Source: Cetorhinus maximus
Lineage: Eukaryota
Direction of reading: 5' to 3'
DNA length: 64,000 nt
Assembly: GCF_964194155.1 (NCBI RefSeq)
Contig: NC_135894.1
Coordinates: 6,200,001 to 6,264,000, forward strand
Shown here: piece by piece, positions 36,973 through 48,342 of the stretch
Position numbering within the stretch: position 1 is the stretch's first letter
Layout: every line of letters starts with the position of its first letter
Notes under the pieces: model-generated
Databases searched by the model: none
Seen by the model: the letters and a program-made list of their open reading frames with translations, nothing else
What the model was told of the DNA's origin: nothing
Position numbers and translations under genes: made by a program

Positions 36973-37073
36973 GAAGGTTCTGCCGAAGGGCCATGAAGGC
37001 TCGAAACGTTGAATGATTTCTTCTCCCCCAGTGCTGCCAGACCTGCTGAGTTTTTCCAGGTAATTCTGTTTTT
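36973..37073 (+). mobile_element. 101-bp Penelope-like insertion with hammerhead motif and 10-bp TSD
   Basis: TSD GTCCTATTCC (36963-36972 and 37074-37083). GGTT-CTGCCGA-A-GGGCC-ATGAA-GGCTC-GAAAC-GTT. Confidence 0.85.
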
Positions 37074-37620
37074 GTCCTATTCCAGTCACTGTTGAAAGGG
37101 TTCCATAGTGGCCCAGTCCGCTTCTTCAACACTTTGACGGATAGCACAAGGCCACCCTCTGTTTCACTCAGATTCATGTCAAGGACAGTTTCCAGTTGGC
37201 ATGAAACAGCGGAACAAACTTTATTGAAATAAATTGTAGTTGATGGAGATGCCTTTAAAGCCTTGTTTTTTTGCCAGAATTACTTCTCAAACCCCTTGAG
37301 ACATTCGTGGATTAATCCATAATATCCCTGTTTGTGAAGGTGTGTGCGCCGGATCAAGATCAAAGAGCAAAAGAAAATCGGATGTCCTCTGTAACTACTG
37401 CTCTAACCCAGAAACGGTTATCATTCGCTGAACCAGACAAACCCATTAGTTCATTAGAATGATCTGAAGAGGAAGAGATGCTTCTGCACAACTGTGCGCG
37501 CTCGCTTTAAAGGGAATTTCGATCCTATTGTTCTTCTTTATATTCACATGTCATTCTAAATGCTTCCCTCTTACTTAAAAATGCTCAGCTCTTTGCTTGG
37601 TTAATTTGAAAAAAAAGCAA

Positions 37621-37694
37621 AAGCGCCATTGAAATTGGAACTCAGCATTGCCTGCATTACTGATACAAGATATCACGCACCAAACCACAGCGCA
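37621..37694 (-). pseudogene. highly decayed tRNA-Thr(AGT)-like sequence
   Basis: GCGCTGTGGTTTGGT...CAGTAATGCAGG...GAGTTCCAATTTCAATGGCGCTT has tRNA length, an AGT loop and a downstream T-run. Similarity is weak. Confidence 0.4.
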
Positions 37695-38242
37695 AAGTTA
37701 TAAACGACACCAGGCTGCGATGTTTTGAACCATATTCCACTATTTGGTGTAAACACATTGGGAATTCTTCATCTTCTATGGGGATGGGTGGCAGCGAGAA
37801 TTGAGAATTTTCAGGAAAGGAAATTAAGGCGGATATTCAAGCAGGAAGTTCTGGAATGTTTGAGAAGCCGGGAGACACATGATAAACCTGCTCCTATTTC
37901 TCATGTTCTTACAGACACCACACAGAGGAAACACCAGGGTTATATCGAACTTGGAGTGGAAGCAGTGCTGATTCACCAGTGGGATTACGGAGTTCAGTAG
38001 TTTACTTTTGGAGTTCAAGTTTCCTAATCCTAGATTCGTGTAATCATAGAATGGGCTGTTTGGCCCATCGTGTCTGTGCTGGCTCTTTGCAGGAGAAATT
38101 ATTCTACTGTCATTTCCCCGCCTTTTCCCTGATCCCTGCACACTTTTTTTTCTTTTCAGGGATTCAAGTTTTCCTATTGCCTTGATTTACAGAGTTTATT
38201 TTTCCTTCTTCATTATGTCTGTCTTCAGTACTTTCCCTTTAC

Positions 38243-39345
38243 AGGTGAGATGAGAGTGGCTGACCTCGACATCAAGGCAGCTTTTGTCCGAGTGCAACGT
38301 CAAGGATCCCGAGCACAACAGGAGTTAATGGGAAGCAGGGAGAAAACGCTCCGCTGGTTGGAGTCATAACCACCACAAAGGTAAGTTGTTGTTGGAGGTC
38401 AATCATGTAAGTTACAGGACATCACTGCAGGAGTTCCTCAGGGTAGACACCTTGGCCTAAACACCTTCAGCTGCTTCATCAATGACTTTCCCTCCATCAT
38501 AAGGTCAGAAGTGCGGATGCTCACTGATGATGGCACAATGTTCAGCACCATTCGAAAATCCTCACACACTGAAGCAGTCCATGTCCAAATGCATCAAGAC
38601 CAGGACAATATCCAGGCTTGGGTTGACAAGTGGCAAGTAACATTCGTGCCGCACAAGCGCCAGGCAATGACCATCTCCAACAAGAGAGGATCTAGTCATT
38701 GCTCCTTGAGTCCAAAGGCATTTTCATTACTGATTCTCTCATGATCAAAATCCTGGGATACCATTGACCAGAAACTGAACTGGACTAGCCATACAAATGC
38801 AGTGGCAGCAAGACAGGTTAGAGGCGAGGAACCCTGCGGCGAGTAACTCACCTGATGACTCCCCAAAGACTGTCCTCCATCTACATGGCACAAGTCAAGA
38901 CTGTGTTTGAATACTCTGCACTGGCCTGGATGAGTGCAGCAACAACCCTCCAGAAGCTTGACACCACCCAGCAGAAGATAACCCGCTTGACTGGCACCCT
39001 ATCCACCCAACATCCCTCCACCACAAGAGTACAGTAGCAGCAGTGTTCTTCATCCAGCTGATGCACTGTAGGAACTCACTTGGACAGCAAATTCCAATCC
39101 CACGAACACTGCCATCTAGAAGAAGAAGGGGAGCAGATGCACAGGAACGCCGCTACTTGGGAGTTCCCCTCCAACCCTCACACCATTCTGACCTGGAAAT
39201 ATATCGCCGTTCCTTCACTACCTCTGGATCAATACCCTAGAAATACCCCTCCCTCCACAGCTAACGGCACTGTGGGTGTACCTACACCACGTGGAATGGA
39301 CAAGGCAGCTCAGCAGCACTTTCTCAAGGGCAACTAGGGATGAGA
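38243..39345 (+). mobile_element. CR1-type LINE, 5'-truncated RT to 3' tail
   Basis: DLDIKAAF, DITAGVPQG, FSCFINDF, MLTDDGTMF and WVDKWQVTFVPHK motifs, then the tail TTCTCAAGGGCAACTAGGGATG. Confidence 0.88.
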
Positions 39346-39603
39346 TTTTATTCTCTACACATTGACAACCGTGCTTGATGCTGACCTGGTCTAAAATTCT
39401 GCATTCCCTCCCTAAACTACTCCACTTCTCCAGCTCCTTCCGATCTTTAAGATGTTCTTTAAAAACTTCCGCTTTGACCAAGCTTTTGTCATCTGATCTA
39501 ATATCTCCTTCTGTGGATTAGCATCATTTTTGCTTTATTTGTAATTATAACCCTCCTGTTAAGAGTTTTGTGACTTATTGCTATGTACTTATGCTGGCAG
39601 TTA

Positions 39604-39675
39604 GCGATGGTGGTATAGTGCTGAGCATAGTTGCCTTCCAAGCAGTTGACCCGGTTCCGATTCCCGGCTGTCGCA
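39604..39675 (+). tRNA. tRNA-Gly(TCC), divergent and possibly a pseudogene
   Basis: GCGATGGTGGTATAGTGCTGAGCATAGTTGCCTTCCAAGCAGTTGACCCGGTTCCGATTCCCGGCTGTCGCA, 72 nt, with a T-rich terminator. D-loop GG and T-loop are altered. Confidence 0.8.
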
Positions 39676-40324
39676 GTTTCTTTGTTTTTAAACCTCCAAA
39701 TCAGAAACCCCAAGCTTGAAGCTGAATTTGATCCGTTTCGGTGAGATTTTGCTCCGAACACACGGGCGGATTTAATAGAAATATAATTATTTCCCACCTC
39801 CACTTATCTTCCATTTAAAATGTAACTCAGATGTATTCCTTCTTGATGATAATGAAGGTTGTCCCTGAGCTGCGGTGTGGAGCCAGGATAGAATTAGTCG
39901 GATTTGTAAAATTCAGCGATTCTCTGAATATTTTCACTCTGCTGCTTCCAATTTCTTATTTGAATATCGAGTGCTGCGCAGGGATTGTTTTATTGTTCAT
40001 AAAGTGACAGACTGCTCACGCTGGGAATCTGAAAGTATAATAGAAGATGCTTGAAAAACTCAGCAGGTCCTGCAGCATCTGTGGAGACAGGATTATGGGG
40101 TTTCACATTTCACCTTGATTGAAGATTTAACGAATAGACCCGTTATCGAAGCTTTGAAACTGCCGGAGCTACTCAGTTCTCCCAGTATTTTCCATTAGAA
40201 TCATAGAATGGCTACATCACTGAAAGAGGCTATTCTGGCAGTCTAATCTGTGCTGGCCCTCTAAATGAACAATTCACCCAATGCCACTCCCCGTAACCCT
40301 GCAATGCTTTCCTATACCAGTGAG

Positions 40325-40765
40325 TGCGGATGGATTCTTTAAATAAGTCTCTGGTACCTTCTGCGATTGTGGAATTGATTCAGTAAATATCAGTCTCTGA
40401 TACTGTCTGTAATTGTGGGATTGATTCGATCAATTTCAGTCCCTGGCACTATCTGCGAGTATGGGATTGATTCTGTAAATATCAGTCTCTGATACTGTCT
40501 GTAATTGTGGGATTGATTCGATCAATTTCAGTCCCTGGCACTATCTGCGAGTATGGGATTGATTCTGTAAACATCAGTCTCTGATACTGTCTGTAATTGT
40601 GGGATTGATTCGATCAATTTCAGCCCCTGGTACTATCTGCGAGTGTGGAATTGATTCGATGAACATCAGTCTTTGGTACCATCGGTGGGTGTGGGATTGA
40701 TTCTGTAAATATCAATCTCTGTTACTAGCTGTGAGCGTGGAATTGATTCTGTATCTATCCGTCTC
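40325..40765 (+). repeat. 46-bp minisatellite with 92-bp A/B higher-order repeat (about 9.5 monomers)
   Basis: Alternating GGGATTGATTCGATCAATTTCAGTCCCTGGCACTATCTGCGAGTAT and GGGATTGATTCTGTAAATATCAGTCTCTGATACTGTCTGTAATTGT. Confidence 0.92.
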
Positions 40766-42171
40766 CGACTCACGAACAAGCAGCGTTCGGTTTGGGACTA
40801 AATACCTCATGCGTGGTCTTCCGCTGCAAATCAGTAACTGAAATCAACATTTTCTGCAATTCACTTTGATCAGCATCTAAACATAAAAACTGGAGATGGG
40901 GAAACGGTCAGAGAACAATGAAAAATCGGACTTGTCCTTTTAGGAAGCTCAATTTGGGATCATTCCCCACAGGGCATTTGCTGTTTACGATCCCATCTTC
41001 ACAAAGAAATCCTGCAGAAACATAGGAGGAGTGAGGGGGCTAGAAGTTTGCTGGGACTGTGCAATAGTAAATACTTACTCACCTCTGAAGTGAGAATTAA
41101 ACGGAAAGATTTAGTTGATTTTATGATTTCAGTAGGAAAGTAGAGAACATGTCAGCGAATGGGTGAGAGTGCGATCGCAGCAGCAATAAAAGAGGTTTAA
41201 GTCGAGACTGAGGCTTTTTCAGCGAATGAGACGTTTGCAAAAGCAACCATTCTGGTCTGAGACAGGAAGGATCTAGCATGGGACTCTCGACTGTCCTATT
41301 TTCAATGCTATTGGAGAGTTTAGCAGCACACAGAAACCAAATGATTCATGCACTAGGACACCCAAATTCCTTTTCATCTCAGAGCTCTGCAATCTCTCAC
41401 CGGTTGGATTCTGTGCCTCTTTTTTAGTCCGTCCTGTCAAAATGGACAACCTGACGTTTTACTACTTTCTACTCCATTCGCCATGTCTTTGTCCAATCAC
41501 GTAACATATCTAGATGCTTACGCCCTCTTCACAACTTACTTTCCGACCTACAATTGTGTCGTACTTGCTTTACAGCCTTGCCGCATGTTCAAGTCTCATT
41601 TGTCACTTTTAGAGTGTTGTGAAGGGGGTGTTATTCCCGCCGGTAATTTTTGAAAGCGACAGCAGAACGAACCACAATGTATACAGGATTTTAAAACATG
41701 AACATTTCACCAGCTGTAATTCACCTGCCTTCTCCCCGCAACCCCCCACATTGTTAATTCTCCAATCATCATCTAATCCCCTCTTGCTCCGGGAGAGGAA
41801 GTGGGAATGCAGCCTGTGTCTGGCACTGTCAGTATTAGAGGAATGGCCTCTGCAACTCGCAGACATACAGAAGTGGTCACATTAAAAATCCATTGTGTGG
41901 TCCAGAGGCCACTCCCCCAGTTCCTGCTGCTCCCAGGGGCATTTCCACTTCCTGTGCTGGCCGGTGCCCCTTTTCTACTTGTGATCGGGAAGTGAAGAAG
42001 TTCCATGTGGGTCAGGAGTGAGCAGGACCGAGAATGCGAGACTTTGGAGCCGTGGGCCCGAGCGGGGAGAGGCCGCAAGGTTTGAAATTGGGCGCGGGTG
42101 AAGGGCGAGGCCGGAACCAGGTGGATCCCGAGAGAGGGAGGAGTGGCGAATGCAAACAATTATTGTGATAT

Positions 42172-43000
42172 TGGGGAAGGGGAGGGGGGAGTCAGGCCAG
42201 CATGGACACGGGGGGAGGGGGGAGTCAGGCCAACATGGAGACGGGGGAGGGGGAATCAGGCCAAAATGGAGACGGGGGAGGGGGGAGTCAGGCCAGCATG
42301 GATACGGGGGAGGGGGTTCCAGGACTGCATGGAGACGGGGGAGGGGGAGTCAGGCCAGAATGGAGACGGGAGAGGGGGGAATCAGGCCAGCATGGAGACG
42401 GGGGAGGGTGTTCCAGGACACCATGGAGACGGGGGAGGGGGGAGTCAGGCCAGCATGGAGACGGGGGAGGGTGTTCCAGGACACCATGGAGACGGGGGAG
42501 GGGGGAGTCAGGCCAGCATGGAGACGGGGGAGGGTGTTCCAGGACACCATGGAGACGGGGGAGGGGGATTCAGGCCAGCATGGAGACGGGGGAGGGGGCG
42601 TCAGGCCAGCATGGAGACGGGGGAGGTGGATCCAGGACGGCATGGAGACGGGGGAGGGGGAGTCAGGCCAGCATGGAGACGGGGGAGGGGGATCCAGGAT
42701 GGCATGGAGACGGGGGAGGGGGAGTCAGGCCAGCACGGAGACGAGCGAGGGGGAATCAGGCCAGCACGGAGACGGGGGAGGGGGGGTCAGGCCAGCATGG
42801 AGACGGGAGAGGGGGATCCAGGATGGCATGAAGACGGGGGAGGGGGGGTCTGGCCAGCATGGAGACGGGGGAGGGGGGGTCAGGCCAGCATGGAGACGGG
42901 GGAGGGGGGGTCAGGCCAGCATGGAGACGGTGGAGGGGGGGTCAGGCCAGCATGCAGACGGGGGAGGGGGATCCAGGACGGCATGGTGATAGAGGGTGGG
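42172..43000 (+). repeat. G-rich 31-33-bp minisatellite (about 25 units)
   Basis: GGAGACGGGGGAGGGGGGAGTCAGGCCAGCAT interspersed with the variants GGAGACGGGGGAGGG(T/G)G(T/A)TCCAGGA..(C/G)CAT. Confidence 0.95.
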
Positions 43001-44274
43001 AGGAGGGAAGCATGACCGGCATGGAGTTGTTTTTAGTGGGGGAGGCGGGTGAGAGGGGGGAAGAACTTGCTTGAAACAACTACCCTGATTTTTTTCGGAT
43101 ATTTTTTAAAATAAATGGCCCGTTAACCTAATCTTTCTGCGTGTAAGGGCTGTGCCATTGGGAGAATTCTCTGCTTCATCCTCCGAACTGATCTTTATGG
43201 AGACGGGGAACATTCCTGCTGCAGTTTGCAACCTCCTCCACATGATGAGGCCGCTAGTAATGCAGCAATCGGCCCTGTGCTGAGTCAGCCCGCATGGTGC
43301 ACCCTGTGCTAGAAATTGGACTCCCTACTTTCGGGATGTCGAGAAAATAAAATATGACCGCAGGCCAGTCTTTACCACAAGGGGACCTGCAAAACCTCCA
43401 GCACATTCGGGAGATGATCCTCGCTACATGTTTATCTCAACCACGGAACTCTCTTCATCTGCCGCTCATGCTTCATTCAAACATTGTTTCAGTTTCCACC
43501 CTTTCTCAGTGCCATCCCAGCATTGGGAGATGTTTTCTTCAACTTAGTTTAGAGTGGACAAAATGTCCACTGGAGGTTTAATAATTACACCCAAATGAAA
43601 ATGGTCTAGAAACATCTGCATTCCAATAGAGATCTAACAAATCTCTGGATTGGTATAGTCACGAATCCTTGTCATAAACTGTTCCCAGATCATTTTGCTT
43701 CCCGCCACAAATTTTCAGTCTTTTCTGACCATTGCTGCCATTCTGACCATTGACCATTCTCACTCCCTCAGCAGGTTCCTATAAGGCTTTGCCCACTATT
43801 ATTACAATCCCTTTCGGCCATCTGGACATCAGTGACCTTATTGCTGCCGAGCACTCGGCGTCCCCGGCAAATCCAGCCGCAGCGACCCGAAAGTTATGTC
43901 TGGTTTTCTGGTTCGCAGAGCTGCTGACCAGGATCGAGCGGCTGTCTGCGGTGAGCGAGAAGAAGGATCGAGAGGAAGGTGGGGGCGCGCACTGTCAAAT
44001 AGAAGGGGCGAGGGAAGGTCTTGGGGAAAATTTTGAGATTAAGCGGTAAGATTTGTTCTTTATATTCTCCGACTGTAACATCGAGAAGGCCGCAGTGACA
44101 GGGAAAAGCAAGGTTAGCGAATAGGCCTGGGGTCATGGCGAAAAACGTAGAGTGTAAAACTAGCCAGAAAACTGCTTAAAAAATCACTCTGCACAATCAT
44201 TTCTTCAATACCTCCGATTAGACATACATGTATAGGTCAAACTCGACCATTTCATTTTTTGTAAAGATACTAAT

Positions 44275-44877
44275 GTTTATTTTGCAACCTGAGCCAAGAG
44301 TTCGAAGGAATGTTTACATAATCTTTCGCTATTTCCTCATTAAGTCACGATCAACACTCAAAACTAACAAAAATACAAAATAAAGGCCCAGCCCCCACAA
44401 GAAGACAAACCTACGGTCCAATAATGTTTTAGAAAATGTTTAAATCTGACTTCAAAATAGTCTGGAGGAAATGTGATGAAGCAAAGAGTTTAAGCACGCT
44501 GCCCCCGGTTCCGTCGTGCAATCTGGGTGTCTTTGGGCATTACGGTCACTCTTTTGGCATGGATGGCACACAGGTTGGTGTCCTCAAACAGGCCAACCAA
44601 GTAGGTCTCTCTGGCTTCCTGAAATGCTCCAATTGCCGCACTCTGAAACCTCAGGTCAGTTTCGAAGCCCTGGGCAATTTCCCTCACCAGGCGCTGGAAG
44701 GACAGTTGCGGATAAGCAATTCGGTAGAATTCTGGTATCGGTGGATTTCTCGGACCGCGACTGCACCTGGCTTGTAGCGATGAGATTTCTTCACTTTGCC
44801 AGTGGAGGGACAATTCCGGGCTGCCTTGGTGGCCAGCTGCTTCCTGGGCGCTTTGCCGCTGGTGGATTTACAGAGGC
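44275..44877 (-). pseudogene. processed histone H3.3 pseudogene (5'-truncated, frameshifted; coding remnant 44877-44490)
   Basis: [28 protein letters not shown] and [37 protein letters not shown]31 and AAIG are H3.3-specific. Intronless, with a 3' UTR ending AAAAATAAA and TSD AGATACTAAT (44265-44274 and 44878-44887). Confidence 0.92.
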
Positions 44878-45196
44878 AGATACTAATAGCTGCAATAAAC
44901 AAAGAACCCTTTTATTCAATCCTATTCATTGCGAATTGACTTATTTCGGAGACATTCAGATATTCCTTTTGCAGAGTTAAGGAAGGAGCTGAAGACAGCC
45001 CAGCACACTGTTGATCTGCAGCTGGGCGCTGCTACTGACCAGGCTGCAGGAGCGAGCGCACAGAAGGTGAAGAAGTGAAGACCAAGGTCAGTGTGCACCC
45101 TCCTGCTGCTAGTCACCATGGCAATGGGAGTGGCCCTCCACAGAGCAAGGGAAAACAGTGTCATTCACCCGGGCCTGGGTTGGAGACTAGCCGACT

Positions 45197-46655
45197 GCTG
45201 TTTGCAGGGATAATGGCCAAGCTGGAGAATGAGGAGGAGGAGGATCCATCTCCCACCAGGACCGTGTGAACCTCCACTGGTGGCACCGAGCAGTGCTCAG
45301 CATTAGTGAAAACCGACACTCTGTACAGTGACAGCGGAAAGGAGCCGAGTGAGGCAGCCAGAGGGAAGGAGGAAAGGCAGCAGGAGGCTGAGACTCAACG
45401 TTTAGCCCCCAGTCAGAATGAAAACAGCCACATCAGGCCAATGAGACACAGAGCCCCTCACCAGCTGCTTTCACAGCCACATTCTGCTGGACTTCACTTG
45501 GTAACAGCTGAACTTACATTGGTGGGTAATGCACATGCACAGTCGAGCATCGCAGATCCAACATCACTTTATCCACCTCCATACATACTAGAGTTCAGCT
45601 ACTGAGTGTGACAGGCTGAAATGGAAGCCGTGAGACAGGAGAATGTTATCCTGTGTGTAGAGAACGATAGACCTCGGGCTCAAATGAACAGCTGGGCCAA
45701 GGTACGAGCATGTCCTCTGTGTGACAAGCTGGGTAGAATTCTCTGTCCCATGCTGCAATCCACAAATCAGCAGCTTCCTCTACAGTGTGTGATTGTCGGG
45801 ACCCTGCACATTATGACGAATTGTTTGAGGCGCCTGAAAACAGATTTGTGTCAGTAGAGATTCTGCCATTGAAATTCACGTGGATCATCACCGCACCCCC
45901 CATTCACGCCCCCCCAACCCCACCCCCCCCCCCCCCCCCCCCACCGCCCCCCCAACCCCCCATACTGGAGTTACTGACAACTGTCAGTTCACTCAGTGTT
46001 AAAAGACGGGAATCGGGCGGAATTGGAGGCAACACATTCCCTGGGAGACCGAGTCCTCACTAAACTACCGGGAGGGGGAGAGTCAGGAAGAGAACAACTG
46101 CGACACTCCGGTCTCTTCACTGACTCTCCATCCCTCTCAGTGAACCCAGTGACAGGAATTATTGATATTAATGGTTCATGAACAGCTAATATCCTGCAGG
46201 GAATTATCCCAGTTGAGCGTCTTAATGGGGCAAATGTCAGCTTTAAAGGGTCTCAGTCCTTGGCCACAGTCTGGGACATTTTGTTCAGCTTCTGATTGCA
46301 GTGAAATGTGAAAAGTCCCGCAGCGACATAATGTTCCAGAGATACAGACACAGTAACAGTCCTAATATTGAACAATAATGGCTGACGCTGTATCCATTTT
46401 ACCCCTAATGTCTCTGATATAACTACATGATATTAGACAGACTGACAGGCTGTTATCAGATGAACACTCAGTACTTGAACATCCTAAACATCGGCCAACT
46501 GTGAACCTGCCTCAGCTCATCTGCAGCTGAAACCCTCATCCATGCCTTTGTTTACTCTCGGCTTGACTATTCCAGTGTTCCCCTGGCCGGCCTTCCATCT
46601 TCCACCCCACACATACCTGTGCTCATCCAAAATTCTGCTGCCTGGAAATTCACCT
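45197..46655 (+). repeat. inverted duplication of 12010-12730 joined to 7510-8207 through a poly-C tract
   Basis: Direct sequence comparison. The junction is the C-run at about 45890-45960. Confidence 0.9.
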
Positions 46656-47085
46656 GAATCTAGTCCAGTTGACTAATCACCCCCGTGTTTGTTGACCGAC
46701 ACTGGCTCCTCCCCCGGCAATGCCTCAATTTTAATACCCTCATCCTTACTTTAAAATCTCTCCATGACTTCACCTCTTCATTTCTCCATAACCTCCTCCA
46801 GCCCAACAAAACTTCCAGATTCCTGCTCTTCTGCCATCTTGTGCATTCCGGGTTTTAATCTCTGCAGCATTGACAACCGTGCACTCAGCTATCCTAGTCT
46901 AAAATTCTGTACTCCCTCCTTAAACCCCTCCACTTCTCCAGCTCATTCTCATCTTTAGGAAGCTCCTTAAAGTCTACCTCTCTGAGAAAACTTATGTCAC
47001 TAGACGTAATTTCTCCTTTCTTGGCTGAGCATCAGCTTATTTTTTTAATGATAACGCTCCTCTTAAGTTTCTTGGGAGACTTTGC
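46480..47085 (+). mobile_element. L2-type LINE 3' end
   Basis: AETLIHAFVYSRLDYSS..LAGLP and ITPVFVDRHWL motifs plus an L2-like 3' UTR. Confidence 0.75.
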
Positions 47086-47107
47086 AGCTGCAAAAGTACC
47101 GAGTTCA

Positions 47108-47179
47108 GTGATGTTGGTATAGTGGTGAGTGGCTTTGCTTTTCAAGCAGTTGACTCTGGTTCAATTCTCTAACATCGCA
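47108..47179 (+). pseudogene. tRNA-Gly-derived pseudogene with TTC at the anticodon position
   Basis: GTGATGTTGGTATAGTGGTGAGTGGCTTTGCTTTTCAAGCAGTTGACTCTGGTTCAATTCTCTAACATCGCA. The acceptor stem pairs fully. Shares its 3' trailer with 39604. Confidence 0.75.
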
Positions 47180-48270
47180 GTTTGTTGATTTTTTAAAAAT
47201 CTCAAATCAGAAACCCCTCACTCGGATCTTTATTTGATCCGTTTCGGTGCGATCTTGCGCGGAAATCACGCGCAGGTGTAATTCAAATAAAAAGGTTTTC
47301 AACCTTCACTTATCTTCCATTTAAAACATAACTCAGGCTTGTTCCTCATCGCTGATAATGAAGGTTTTCCCTAAACTTTAGTGTGGTGCTGGGATAGGAT
47401 TACTCGGATTCAGTAAAATTCACTAATTCTCTGAACGTTTTCCCTCTGCAGCTTCCTAATTCTTTATTTGAATGTCGATTCCAGCACAGAGATTGTTTTA
47501 TTGTTCAGAAAGGGACAGGCTGCTCACGCTGGGAATCTGAAATAATAACAGAAGGTGCTACAATCAGCTCCCAAAGAGGAAGGTTAGTAAATATTTCAGG
47601 TCTATCGAAGGTTTCAATAATTGACCCCCTAAACCGAAACTATCAGAGCAGCCGAATTTTTCCTGCATTTTTCAATTTTTTGAGATGAGTTCATTCAATA
47701 TTTCACCTCTTTCCCAACTCAATGTTTCCTGTGTAAGTTTCAAGGCTGTGCTCAGTTCTTTGCGTATTTATGTTTTATCTGAAGTGATGTAGGTCATATC
47801 CTGAGAAATCAGACTGAAATGCTGCTTATTCCAGGGCAAAATGTACTTGGGTTTTGTAATCTGCCTTTCGGGGATAGCAGCATGACTTACTAGAAGGGAA
47901 ATGGGCCGTGAAATCCAGTCTTAGTTTCACTGCTGCCTGTGAGCAGAACAAGGCACAGCTGTGATGTCTTGAAGCGTTATACCTCTGGACAAGTATTTAT
48001 GTGTCCCTAATCTAAATATATGAAACCGCACCAATCACCCCGCATTTGCTGACCTAGAAAACTCGCTCCTGACCCGCCAATGCCTCCATTATAAAATTCT
48101 CATTCTCAATTTCAAATCCCTCCATGACTATTTTCCTCCCTTATATAAGTGCACCTTGGAAATCGCTTCACTTGCATTACAGCCGCGTGTGTTTTCGGAA
48201 CAAAATCTCATCTCATCAGAATCAGCTCCTTCTTGGAGCCCCTGAACTCAGAAATCTAAAATGTACAAAC

Positions 48271-48342
48271 TGCGATTGTTGGGAATTGAACCCTGATCAA
48301 CTGCTTGAAAAGGAGCTATGCTCACCACCAGGACACCACAGC
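48271..48342 (-). pseudogene. tRNA-Gly-derived pseudogene with TTC at the anticodon position
   Basis: GCTGTGGTGTCCTGGTGGTGAGCATAGCTCCTTTTCAAGCAGTTGATCAGGGTTCAATTCCCAACAATCGCA with the shared trailer GAGATTTTG.TCCGAA.ACAC. Confidence 0.75.

Noticed and set aside
40325-40765. CRISPR-like regular repeat
   Set aside because: The intervening sequences are themselves repeated (no unique spacers), there are no cas genes, and the context is eukaryotic.
42098-43015. Three long overlapping Gly/Arg/Glu-rich ORFs (305, 279 and 209 aa)
   Set aside because: Artefact of a stop-free minisatellite. The same peptides cycle through all frames.
44490-44877. Functional replication-dependent histone H3 gene
   Set aside because: No start codon, frameshifts, H3.3-specific residues, no histone stem-loop, and a flanking TSD, all consistent with a retrocopy.
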